64,000 bases of DNA from a virus. Lineage: Duplodnaviria > Caudoviricetes. Position 1 is the first letter of the stretch; every line of letters starts with the position of its first letter. Below the pieces are notes generated by a model. It searched no databases. It saw nothing but the letters and a program-made list of their open reading frames with translations, and had not been told where the DNA came from. The stretch lies in the IMG/VR virus record IMGVR_UViG_2522572099_000001, positions 8,283 to 72,282 of that record; one strand, written 5' to 3'. Positions 28,215 to 37,261 of the stretch are shown here, one piece after another. A program made the position numbers and the translations under genes.

Positions 28215-28932
28215 CTGGAAAGCCCTCGACATCGAGGCGCGCCAGGTCGATCCGAAGACGCTCAAGCGCCGCGAGAAAAACGCGCACTACATGGCGCCTG
28301 CGATGTTCAAGCGCCTGGTCGAGAACGTCAAGATCGACGGGCGCCTGACGACAACCGTTCTCGCCTGCCAGGACAAGGACGGTTCGCTCGAAATTCTGTC
28401 CGGTCATCACCGCACCGCGGCCGCGATCGAGGCAGGCCTTGCCCTGGTCGACGCGCTCGTCATCACCACGCCGCTGACCGAAAAGCGCAAGGTGGCGATC
28501 CAGCTCAGCCACAACTCGATCAACGGCGAGGACGACCAGTCGCTGCTGGCCCAGCTTTACGCCTCGCTCGATATCGACGCCAAAAAATTCTCCGGTCTCG
28601 ACGACAGCGTGCTCTCCGGCGACAAGGGACCTGGGGCCGCAGCACTCGGCGGGGCGAACATCAAATACGACGAGCTGCTATTCGCCTTCCTGCCGGAGGA
28701 GCGCGTGCAGTTCGAGGTCGAAATGGAGGCGCTGGCCAAAAGGGCCAAGCGCTTCCGCATCCATGCAGCGCCGCAATCCACGTTCGACGGCTTTTTCGAT
28801 GCCATCGTGCGCACCAAGCAGCAGCTCAACATCGTCAATTCTGGCATAGCGCTTTCGGTGATGGCGCGCCTGGCCGGCGAACGTCTCGATCAGCTCGAGG
28901 CCGAGCAAGACGACAAGCCCGATGCGGCATGA
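28189..28932 (+). CDS. ParB-N/Srx-like protein of terminase-associated DNA modification module
   Basis: EKNAHYM...LVENVK.DG...EILSGHHR..AA...IQLSHNSI.G. Confidence 0.8.
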   Translation: MASTSTAVDWKALDIEARQVDPKTLKRREKNAHYMAPAMFKRLVENVKIDGRLTTTVLACQDKDGSLEILSGHHRTAAAIEAGLALVDALVITTPLTEKRKVAIQLSHNSINGEDDQSLLAQLYASLDIDAKKFSGLDDSVLSGDKGPGAAALGGANIKYDELLFAFLPEERVQFEVEMEALAKRAKRFRIHAAPQSTFDGFFDAIVRTKQQLNIVNSGIALSVMARLAGERLDQLEAEQDDKPDAA

Positions 28933-28968
28933 GATTTTCTGGTAACTCGAAGCGGAGCTTCAAACCAA

Positions 28969-29274
28969 ATGCAACGTGATTTCCGGCCGGTGGCCGAAGC
29001 ACGTCCAATCACCTATGGCACGATCGCCGATCTCAAAATGGCAAACGGTAGGGTCTACCGGGCAATCTTTGGGTTCAAGGCGAACGTTTGTGCCTGGTGG
29101 CCAATGGGCGGATATCGCAAGCGCGCAATCGGCACGGCGGAGCCTGTCGCGTTGTCGGTCATAAAAACCGGCGATGTAGACCATTTGGATTGGCAAGAGG
29201 CAGCTCTGCGCCAGCATGCAGATCCGCGCAACCTCTTACACGTTTGCCACTCGCGCCCGCGAGTCGTGTCGTGA
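28969..29274 (+). CDS. Hypothetical protein
   Basis: GGAG RBS; fills gap. Confidence 0.5.
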   Translation: MQRDFRPVAEARPITYGTIADLKMANGRVYRAIFGFKANVCAWWPMGGYRKRAIGTAEPVALSVIKTGDVDHLDWQEAALRQHADPRNLLHVCHSRPRVVS

Positions 29275-29933
29275 TCCGGACCAAGTCGATCGCAACCGCC
29301 GCGAAGCCGAAGGCAAAGGGCAAGCCTGCTGGCGGTTCAAAGGCCAAGGCGCCGGCAGTTGCAGAGGCTGAGGCCGAGGCGAAAAAAAAGCCCGTCGGCG
29401 CCAACAAGAAATCGAAGCTCAAGGCGAAGCGTCCTATCAAGCAGAAGCCGGCTCCAAAGCCGGACGCTGCACCGAAACCTGAAGCGCGCCAAAAGCCAGG
29501 GCCGGCGCCAAAGCTAGGATTGAAGGATGTAGAGCGCGTCATCGCGATGCTCCGCAACTGCGGCGGCATAAAATCGGTCGCGGCTGAGAAGCTCAACGTC
29601 AGTCGGCCGACGCTTCACTCGTTCCTGAATGACCATCCGGAAGTCCAGGAAGCCGCCGCCGAGATCGATGAGGAGATGCTTGACGTCGCCGAAGGTCGCG
29701 TCGTCATGGCGATCCGCGCCGGCGAGATGCAGACCGTGCGCTGGTATCTGGAGCTGAAAGGCAAGGAACGCGGCTATGTCCGCCGCGTCGAGCAAACCGG
29801 CAAGGGCGGTGGTCCGGTCGAGACCCGGCAGGCGCCCGACCTCTCCGGATATTCCGAGGCCGAGTTGGCGCAACTCCTGACGATCGAGGAGGCTCGGCAA
29901 AAACGGGAAGCGGGCGCCTCCCAGGCGAAGTAA
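29271..29933 (+). CDS. terS: Terminase small subunit with K/A/P-rich N-terminus
   Basis: HTH (AAEKLNVSRPTL), WYLELKGKERGY, EQTGKGGGPV; immediately upstream of terL. Confidence 0.8.
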   Translation: MIRTKSIATAAKPKAKGKPAGGSKAKAPAVAEAEAEAKKKPVGANKKSKLKAKRPIKQKPAPKPDAAPKPEARQKPGPAPKLGLKDVERVIAMLRNCGGIKSVAAEKLNVSRPTLHSFLNDHPEVQEAAAEIDEEMLDVAEGRVVMAIRAGEMQTVRWYLELKGKERGYVRRVEQTGKGGGPVETRQAPDLSGYSEAELAQLLTIEEARQKREAGASQAK

Positions 29934-31427
29934 ATGGCGCGCCCCGATGGCGGCGCCAGGCCGACGCTGGACGAATTGCGCATCGAGCTCGACCGCCGCG
30001 CCTGTGAGCGCTCGCTGTCCGAGTTCGTCAAGCGCGGCTGGCATGTGCTGGAGCCCGGCCAGCCTTACAGCCACGGCTGGCACATCGATGCCATTTCCGA
30101 GCACCTCGAGGCGGTCAGCGCCGGGGAAATCCTGCGGCTGCTGATGAACGTGCCGCCCGGCACGATGAAGTCGCTGCTTTCCGGCGTGTTCTTCCCGGCA
30201 TGGGAGTGGGGCCCGCAGGACATGCCGCACCTGCGGTTCATGGGCACGTCCTACAAGGACTCGCTGGCGATCCGCGACAACGTCAAGACCCGCCGGCTGA
30301 TCCAGTCGCAATGGTATCTGGATCGCTGGGGCGATCGCTTCGCCATGATCGGCGACCAAAATACGAAAACCAAGTTCGAGAACGACAAGACCGGCTTTCG
30401 CGAGGCGATGGCGTTCAACTCGATGACCGGCTCGCGCGGCGACCGCGTGCTGCTCGACGATCCGCTCTCGGTGCAGATGGCGAAGTCCGACACCGAGCGC
30501 CAGACCGCCAACGACACGTTCCACGAATCGCTGCCGACCCGCCTCAACAACCCGGACACGTCGGCCATCATCGTCATCATGCAGCGCCTGCATGAAACGG
30601 ACGTTTCGGGCACGATCCTTGCCGGCGACTACGGCTACGAGCACCTCATGCTGCCGATGGAGTTCGAGCCCGAGCGCAAATGCTACACATCGATCGGCTT
30701 CGAGGATCCGCGCAAGGTCGATGGCGAACTGCTGTTCGAGGCCAGGTTTTCCCGCACCGTCGTCGATCGCGACAAGAAGATCATGGGCAGCTACGCCTCG
30801 GCCGGGCAATTCCAGCAACGCCCGGCGCCGCGCGAAGGCGGCATGTTCCATCGCGAGTGGTTCGACAGCATCCGCGCTGTTCCGGCGGGAACCCGCTTCT
30901 GCCGCGGCTGGGACATGGCGGCCAGCGACGAGAAGGACTCGGCCTACAGCGCTGGCGTCAAGATCGGCGCGATGCCGGATGGCCGTTTCGTCATAGCGCA
31001 CGCCACGCGCGGCCAGTTGCTTGCCGGTGGCGTCGAGAAGTTGATCAAGACCACGGCGGCGGCCGACAAGGCGCAGCACGGCGGCAATGTCATGATCTCG
31101 CTGCCGCAGGATCCCGGCCAGGCGGGAAAAGCCCAGGTCGGCTACTACGTCAAGCAGCTGGCCGGCTACAACGTGCGCAAGTCGCCGGAGTCGGGCGACA
31201 AGATCACCCGGGCCGAGCCCCTTTCGGCGCAGGCTGAGGCCGGCAACGTCGTCATCCTGCGTACAGGAGACCAGGCCAAGGATGCCTGGATAGAACCGTA
31301 TCTCGACGAAATCTGCATGTTCCCCAACAGCAAATTCAAGGATCAGACCGATGCGTCGAGTCGCGCCTTCAATGAGCTGGCGACGCGCAAGAAAGAAACC
31401 AAGACCAGCTTCGCGGACATGCACTGA
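29934..31427 (+). CDS. terL: Terminase large subunit
   Basis: LLMNVPPGTMKS, TGSRGD.VLLDDP, IMQRLHE, WDMA, FP...DQTDA. Confidence 0.95.
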   Translation: MARPDGGARPTLDELRIELDRRACERSLSEFVKRGWHVLEPGQPYSHGWHIDAISEHLEAVSAGEILRLLMNVPPGTMKSLLSGVFFPAWEWGPQDMPHLRFMGTSYKDSLAIRDNVKTRRLIQSQWYLDRWGDRFAMIGDQNTKTKFENDKTGFREAMAFNSMTGSRGDRVLLDDPLSVQMAKSDTERQTANDTFHESLPTRLNNPDTSAIIVIMQRLHETDVSGTILAGDYGYEHLMLPMEFEPERKCYTSIGFEDPRKVDGELLFEARFSRTVVDRDKKIMGSYASAGQFQQRPAPREGGMFHREWFDSIRAVPAGTRFCRGWDMAASDEKDSAYSAGVKIGAMPDGRFVIAHATRGQLLAGGVEKLIKTTAAADKAQHGGNVMISLPQDPGQAGKAQVGYYVKQLAGYNVRKSPESGDKITRAEPLSAQAEAGNVVILRTGDQAKDAWIEPYLDEICMFPNSKFKDQTDASSRAFNELATRKKETKTSFADMH

Positions 31428-32860
31428 TGGCTAACAACGTCGACAACCACCATCCCGACTACGATCTTCGTGTCGAGGAATGGGCGCTGATGCGCGACGC
31501 GGCGCGTGGCGAAACGGCCATCAAGGACGCCGAGACGACTTATCTCCCGATGCCGTCGGGCTTCACCAAGCGGCCCGATGGCGGCGTTGCCCTGTTCGGC
31601 GCCTACAAGCTGAGGGCGCAATTCCCGGAGATCGTCGGGCCTACGATCGGCGGCATGGTCGGCGTCATCCATCGCGTCGAAATCCAGATCGACATGCCGC
31701 AGGCCATGGACGGCCTCTGGGAGAAGGCCACGATCGACGGCATGCCGCTCGAGGCGCTGGCCGCCAAGATCACCGGCGAGGTCCTGACCACCGGGCGCTT
31801 CGCCCTGCTTGCCAGCGCGCCAAGCGCCGGCGGCGAGCCGTATATCTCGACCTATTGCACCGAGGCGCTGATCAACTGGTCGGAAGCCCGCGATTTCTTC
31901 GTGCTGGACGAGTCCGGCCTGGTCCGCGAAGGCTTCGATTGGGTCGAGAGCAAGCGATATCGTGTGCTCGAGCTGGTCGACGGCAAGTATCAGTCCACCG
32001 AATATTCCGGCGGTACGCTTGCGGCCGGCACGCCCGTCAAACCGACAGCCAAGGGCGGCACGCCGCTCGAAGAAATCCCGCTGGTCGTCGTCGGTCCGCG
32101 CGACCTGTCGCCTTCACCTGAGACGCCGCCGCTGATCGGCGTGGCGCGCTCGGCGGTCAACATGTACCAGCTCTCGGCCGACTATCGCTGGCAGCTGTTC
32201 ATGACCGGCCAGGAAACGCTGTTCATCATCAACGGCGATGAACCCGAAATCGTCGGCGCCGGCGTCATCGTCTCGCTCAAGGCCGATGGCGAGCAGACCC
32301 CGGATGCGAAATATGTCGGTCCGTCCGGCACCGGCATCGACGCGCACAAGGTGGCGATCACCGATGAGCGCGACGCCGCGGCAGCTGCCGGCGCCAAACT
32401 GTTCGATACAGCCTCGCAGGCGCAGGAATCGGGCGACGCCAGGCGGCTTCGCTTCGCCGCCCAGACCGCAACGCTGGTCACCATCGCCCAGGCTTCGGCA
32501 AAGGCGCTGGAACAGGTGCTGCGCCACATCGCTGTCATGAAGGGGCTCGACCCGACGCAGGTCATCGTCAAGCCGAACCTGTCGTTCATCGATAGCACGC
32601 TAACGCCGGCCGAAGTCGTCCAGGTCATCCAGGGCTGGCATGATGGCGGCTACAGCTACGAGACCATGTACGAGCGGCTGCAGAAGGGCGAGGCGGTCAA
32701 TGCCGACCGCACCGCCGAGGAAGAACGCAAGCTCATCGACAAGGAAACGGCGGCGTCCGACGCTACCGATGCGGAGCGCGGCATCCTGCCGGGTCCGCCT
32801 AAACCCACTGTTCCGGCTGTTCCGGCCCTTCCTGTTCCAGTGCAGGCGCCGGCGGCGTGA
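31427..32860 (+). CDS. Portal protein (DUF4055-type)
   Basis: HPDY...W..MRDA..GE.AIK...YLPMP; follows terL. Confidence 0.9.
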   Translation: MANNVDNHHPDYDLRVEEWALMRDAARGETAIKDAETTYLPMPSGFTKRPDGGVALFGAYKLRAQFPEIVGPTIGGMVGVIHRVEIQIDMPQAMDGLWEKATIDGMPLEALAAKITGEVLTTGRFALLASAPSAGGEPYISTYCTEALINWSEARDFFVLDESGLVREGFDWVESKRYRVLELVDGKYQSTEYSGGTLAAGTPVKPTAKGGTPLEEIPLVVVGPRDLSPSPETPPLIGVARSAVNMYQLSADYRWQLFMTGQETLFIINGDEPEIVGAGVIVSLKADGEQTPDAKYVGPSGTGIDAHKVAITDERDAAAAAGAKLFDTASQAQESGDARRLRFAAQTATLVTIAQASAKALEQVLRHIAVMKGLDPTQVIVKPNLSFIDSTLTPAEVVQVIQGWHDGGYSYETMYERLQKGEAVNADRTAEEERKLIDKETAASDATDAERGILPGPPKPTVPAVPALPVPVQAPAA

Positions 32861-33063
32861 GAGCCTCGCTTCGTATCGATCGCGAGGTGCTGGAGCGCAA
32901 CATGTGGCCCGACAAGAGCTGCCGCGTCCGCATCGTCGGCGCGTCCTGGGATCCGGCCACCTCCAGCGTCGTGCTGGATCTCGAAGGCAAGAGCCTGCCC
33001 GACGGTGGCGAGGTCAAGCTGTTGACGCGCCGCTGGACAGAGACGGAGTTCAAGCCCCTGTGA
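32857..33063 (+). CDS. 68-aa hypothetical protein
   Basis: GTGA coupling at both ends. Confidence 0.6.
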   Translation: MRASLRIDREVLERNMWPDKSCRVRIVGASWDPATSSVVLDLEGKSLPDGGEVKLLTRRWTETEFKPL

Positions 33064-34112
33064 CGCTGTTTCGTGAGTGTTTCCGGCATCTCGGATCGAT
33101 CGAGCGCCGACGCATCCCGCCGATTCCGCGCGAGGCGATGCGGCTGCACCGCCTGGAACGGCCCGAGCCGTGGCCAAGCGAGGTCGTCGAGGCCATGCGC
33201 GCCGGCCCGCCGGACAACTGGTATCCGGACTATGCCGCGTTCTATCGGCGGCTGAGCGCGTTCACCGGCGTTCCCGAGGAACGCATGGTCGTCGGCGCCG
33301 GGATTGAGGATTTCATTCGCACGCTCGTCATGTTGTGCTGCGAGCCGGCCGACGGCTTCGCCTTCACCTGGCCCACATGCGCCATGTTCGACATTTATGC
33401 CCAGGTGTTCCTGGCAAGACCGGTTCGCATCGTCACGGACCCGAAACGACTTCTCTCGGTGCATGACGTCACCGACAAGATCGACAGCGGCGTCAAACTG
33501 CTGATCCTGCCCAACCCAGGCCAGCCGGTCGAGACCTATTTCTGCCTGGCGGAACTGCGCCACATCGCACAGCGCTGCGCCAGCGTCGGCGCGGTGTTCG
33601 CCATCGATGAGGCTTATCTCGGCTTCGGCGCCGAAACCGCACTGCCGCTGGTCGACGACTTCGAAAACGTCGTCATCCTGCGCACCTTCTCGAAGGCTTT
33701 TGGCGGTGCAGCACTTCGCGTCGGCTATGCCATCGGGCAGCCTTCGGTCATCCGCCCTCTCCACGCCATCCGCGAATCCGGTGAGATCGCCGGGCCTTCG
33801 ATCAACGGCGCCGTGGCGCTGATGGATAAGTGGTCGAGGTGGGTCGAGCCCGGCATCGCCATGGTCTGCGAAGGCCGCGACTGGCTGCGCGACACGCTTC
33901 TGCGCGACGGCTACGACGCGCGTGGCTGGTTCGCCAATCACGTCATGGTCCGTCTGGACGAGCCGGCAGCGCCGTTCGCGGAGCGCATGCGCAAGCGCGG
34001 CGCCCATGTGAAGGCCGGGTTCCCGGCACCGCTTGACGGAAGCCTGCTGATCACGGGCGGCTCGGTCACGCTGATGCAGCGGTTTTATCGAGCATTCCAG
34101 GAGGCGTTGTGA
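33060..34112 (+). CDS. PLP-dependent fold-type I enzyme (HisC/CobD-like aminotransferase or decarboxylase)
   Basis: YPD, GAGIED, NPGQP, IDEAY, RTFSKAFG...RVGY. Confidence 0.9.
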   Translation: MTLFRECFRHLGSIERRRIPPIPREAMRLHRLERPEPWPSEVVEAMRAGPPDNWYPDYAAFYRRLSAFTGVPEERMVVGAGIEDFIRTLVMLCCEPADGFAFTWPTCAMFDIYAQVFLARPVRIVTDPKRLLSVHDVTDKIDSGVKLLILPNPGQPVETYFCLAELRHIAQRCASVGAVFAIDEAYLGFGAETALPLVDDFENVVILRTFSKAFGGAALRVGYAIGQPSVIRPLHAIRESGEIAGPSINGAVALMDKWSRWVEPGIAMVCEGRDWLRDTLLRDGYDARGWFANHVMVRLDEPAAPFAERMRKRGAHVKAGFPAPLDGSLLITGGSVTLMQRFYRAFQEAL

Positions 34113-34771
34113 GCGGCATGGACGGCGTCTTCCACGAGACTGACGGCAAGCTCGAACTCGTCGGCGACTGGCAAAAGGTCTATGCCGAGAACAGCGATCC
34201 CTGGGACCAATCCGGCACCAAGGGCCAGATGGCGGCCTATTACGCCACCAGCCGCGTTCGCCTGGTCGAGACGCTGGGCAAGCTTGGTCCGTTCAATTTC
34301 GGGATCGAGATCGGTTGCGGCCATGGCCACCTCACCGCCATGCTCAATAACTCCGTGGCGATGATGCTAGGCATGGACATCAGCCAGGAAGCGATCGGCA
34401 CGGCACGCTTGCTCCACCGGACAATCCCGTTCGCTCAGGGCGATATAACCGCGGATGGCGGCATTCGGCATTTCGGTCCGAATTACATCGATTTCGTCAT
34501 CCTGGCGCAGTGCCTCTGGTACGTCCTGCACCGCTTCGACGTGATGCTCGCCAACTGTCTCGATACAATCCGCCCCGGCGGGCTGTTCGTCGTCTCTCAG
34601 GCCTTCCTGGAGGGCGAGCAGCGCTACGGCGCCGAGATCGCCGACGGCTTCACCGGCGCGCTTCGCCTGTTCATGGCGAGCGATCGCCTGCAGCTCATCC
34701 ACGCCAACTACGACGACAGCGGGCGCCTCGTGCACCGCGACGGCCTCATGATTTTCAGGAAGGTTGCATGA
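34109..34771 (+). CDS. Class I SAM-dependent methyltransferase (NodS-like)
   Basis: Y...DPW, EIGCGHG, GMDIS, L.YV, PGG. Confidence 0.85.
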   Translation: MSGMDGVFHETDGKLELVGDWQKVYAENSDPWDQSGTKGQMAAYYATSRVRLVETLGKLGPFNFGIEIGCGHGHLTAMLNNSVAMMLGMDISQEAIGTARLLHRTIPFAQGDITADGGIRHFGPNYIDFVILAQCLWYVLHRFDVMLANCLDTIRPGGLFVVSQAFLEGEQRYGAEIADGFTGALRLFMASDRLQLIHANYDDSGRLVHRDGLMIFRKVA

Positions 34772-35616
34772 ACGCCAACGACGCGACGCTCCGCAACCTG
34801 GCGCGCAAGGCGACCTTCGTCGACCATGTGCAGATGATCGGCAAGGTGCCGCTGTTCTCGTTCATCGAACTCAACCCGACCGAACTCTGCAACCGGGCCT
34901 GCGTGTTCTGCCCCCGCGTCGACGAGGCGAGCTATCCGAACCAGCGCCTGCACATGGCGATGCCGCTGGCGGAGAAGATCGCATCCGACCTCCAGGAACT
35001 CGACTATCAGGGCACGGTCCACATTTGCGGCTTTGGCGAACCGCTGCTGCATCCGCGCATCGTCGACCTGGTGCGCGCTTTCTCGAACTTCCGCGTCGAG
35101 ATCACCACCAACGGCGATCGGCTCAATCCTGAGCTGATCCGCGAGCTGACCGCCGCCGGCTGCGATTACATCTGCGTCTCGATGTATGACGGTCCCCATC
35201 AGATCCCGCATTTCGAGGCGATGTTCGCCGAGGCGGGATCGACCGAGTTCATCTTGCGCGATCGCTGGCAGCCGGAGGAAGAGAATTTCGGCCTGTCGCA
35301 CCTGACCAATCGGGCGGGAACGATCAATGTCGGGGTGCAGCGGCCGGTCGACGCCGCGCGGCCATGCTGGTATCCGTCGTACCAGCTGATGCTCGACTGG
35401 AACGGCGACGTGCTGCTGTGCCCGCAGGACTGGACGAAACGCGCGCGCTTCGGCTCTGCGGCGACCGAACACCTGCTCGACATCTGGACCTCGCCGGCCA
35501 TGCGCAAGCGCCGCATGCAGTTGCTGCGCGGTCGTGAAGGCCTGTCGCCATGCGGCGGCTGCAACAGCGACGGCTGCAAGCACGGATCGGAACACGCTGC
35601 TGCCTGGCAAGGCTGA
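34768..35616 (+). CDS. Radical SAM enzyme with SPASM/twitch domain
   Basis: CNRACVFC, GEPLLH, TTNG, C.YP...G.V..C...C..C. Confidence 0.9.
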   Translation: MNANDATLRNLARKATFVDHVQMIGKVPLFSFIELNPTELCNRACVFCPRVDEASYPNQRLHMAMPLAEKIASDLQELDYQGTVHICGFGEPLLHPRIVDLVRAFSNFRVEITTNGDRLNPELIRELTAAGCDYICVSMYDGPHQIPHFEAMFAEAGSTEFILRDRWQPEEENFGLSHLTNRAGTINVGVQRPVDAARPCWYPSYQLMLDWNGDVLLCPQDWTKRARFGSAATEHLLDIWTSPAMRKRRMQLLRGREGLSPCGGCNSDGCKHGSEHAAAWQG

Positions 35617-35618
35617 CA

Positions 35619-36893
35619 GTGTCGACCATCGCCATCATCGGCCATGGCCGCTCGCCCGAGGGCAAGGGCTGGGGACCGCTGATCGACGGTTGCGACATGG
35701 TGGTTCGCATGTGGGACTGCGCCTGGCAGGCCCAAGGCGACTACGGCAGCAGATACGATTATGGCCTGATCGAAGCGCATCCGGCCATGATGGTGCCCTT
35801 CCAGAAGAACAACCGGCGCCGGCCGGCCCGCGGCTGGATCGCATCGAAGCTGCATCGTCCGGAGCGCTGCGGCTTGCCGCCAAAATGCGAACTGGTCGAC
35901 CAGGAGCCATGGAACGAGATCGGCAAGAAGCTCGGCGGCATCGGCGCCACCGGCCGGCTCCAGTTCACGCGCGGCACGATCGCCACCTGTTGGGCGATCG
36001 AGAAAGCGCCGCGCGGCAGCACCATCGTCTTGGTCGGGTTCGACAACATCGTCGCCGGCAGGACGCTGGAGCTCAACCAGGCCTTTGCGCCGATCTACCA
36101 GCGCAATCCCGGCACATTCTCGTTCGGTGCTTACACAGGGGGCGTCAGCAAGGCCGGCAACCACGACTTCGCCGTCGAGTTGCCGGTCATGCAGCACCTT
36201 GCCGCCAGGTATCACGTCCGGCTGGTCACGGCCGGCGAGATCTGGCCGTCGACGCCGGACGCACTGCCGATCCCTTCCGACTGGAGGCCTGAGCCTGTGA
36301 AGACCGCGCTCATTCTTGGCGATGCCGCATCGGTCCGCGACGATGCCGCGGCCGCGCTCAAACTGTTCACGCCGACGGCGATCGCTGCCGCCAACAACAT
36401 CGGCATCGAATGGGAAGGCAAGCTCGACTACTGGTTCACGCTGCATCCCGGCGCCTGCATCGACTGGATCGGCATCCGTGACGCGCTGTCGCGTCGTCTC
36501 AAGGCAGGGCGAAACAAGCCTGAAATATGGGCGCACAAGGCCGCCAACGGCATCGATCGCCACACGCCCGATTGGGGCGGCTCGACCGGCCTGCTCGCCG
36601 CCAAGGGCCTGCTCGAACTCGGCTATGAGCGCATCGTGCTCGCCGGTGTGCCGATGGACAGTTCGCCGCACTTCTACAGCGGCCAGCCCTGGCGTCAGGT
36701 GGAGCGCTACCGGCGCGCCTGGCAGGAACATCTGCCGGACCTCGCGCCGTTCGTGCGGTCGATGGGCGGCTGGACGAAGGATCTGCTCGGCAAGCCCGAT
36801 CCGGAATGGCTAGGCGTGTTGATTTCGGCTCCCTCAAAGGAGGTCGAGAAAATTAGCATGGGTCAGGATGAGGCTGTCCACAGCCTCGCTTGA
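35619..36893 (+). CDS. Two-domain protein: GT29 sialylmotif-like domain plus GT42/Maf(DUF115)-like domain
   Basis: IAIIGHG.S....G..ID..D.VVR...TRG...LVGFD; second ALILG.A.SV...AN...STG.......LGY.RIVLAG.PM...HFY. Confidence 0.6.
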   Translation: MSTIAIIGHGRSPEGKGWGPLIDGCDMVVRMWDCAWQAQGDYGSRYDYGLIEAHPAMMVPFQKNNRRRPARGWIASKLHRPERCGLPPKCELVDQEPWNEIGKKLGGIGATGRLQFTRGTIATCWAIEKAPRGSTIVLVGFDNIVAGRTLELNQAFAPIYQRNPGTFSFGAYTGGVSKAGNHDFAVELPVMQHLAARYHVRLVTAGEIWPSTPDALPIPSDWRPEPVKTALILGDAASVRDDAAAALKLFTPTAIAAANNIGIEWEGKLDYWFTLHPGACIDWIGIRDALSRRLKAGRNKPEIWAHKAANGIDRHTPDWGGSTGLLAAKGLLELGYERIVLAGVPMDSSPHFYSGQPWRQVERYRRAWQEHLPDLAPFVRSMGGWTKDLLGKPDPEWLGVLISAPSKEVEKISMGQDEAVHSLA

Positions 36894-36923
36894 CTTCGCC
36901 AGCGTTGTAACCAATATGGCACC
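36890..36923 (+). promoter_or_regulatory. Promoter of RNA locus overlapped by operator
   Basis: TTGACT-N16-CAATAT; operator GTAACCAATATGGCACC 36907-36923; very similar to the minus-strand segment at about 26447-26480. Confidence 0.6.
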
Positions 36924-36934
36924 AACAAGAGTGT

Positions 36935-37227
36935 CCCGCCGCTTCGTTCATGGGCATCTGCACCATTGACTGCTGGCGATAGGCGGGCGCCAGGATGCCA
37001 AGGCCGGAGCAGGCGGCCGTTTCATCCTGGCAAGGAACCCTGAGAGCGCCGGTACACTCCCCGGCCGTGACCATGCCTGTTTCCGGTGTACCCGGGCATG
37101 GAGGCGATAACAGAAAACCGGCGGGCACGGCTCTCCAACAGGAGGCTCCAAGCCCGACAGTTTCAGATGTCCTCCCAAGGACAAAGACGGCAGCCATCGT
37201 GAGCGGCTTGACTGCTCGAACGGCGGG
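36935..37227 (+). ncRNA. Large structured ncRNA candidate (~290 nt)
   Basis: Closing helix CCCGCCG(C)TTCG/CGAACGGCGGG; nested helices 36989/37031, 37042/37135, 37071/37101. Confidence 0.55.
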
Positions 37228-37261
37228 CCGGGCCATTGCGACAGGCCTGGGCCAAAAGTTT

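Noticed and set aside
33060-36893. Known 5-hmdU or 7-deazaguanine DNA modification pathway
   Set aside because: No dUMP hydroxymethylase, 5-hmU kinase, DpdA or FolE/QueC/QueD recognised; the rSAM has a SPASM-type tail unlike QueE
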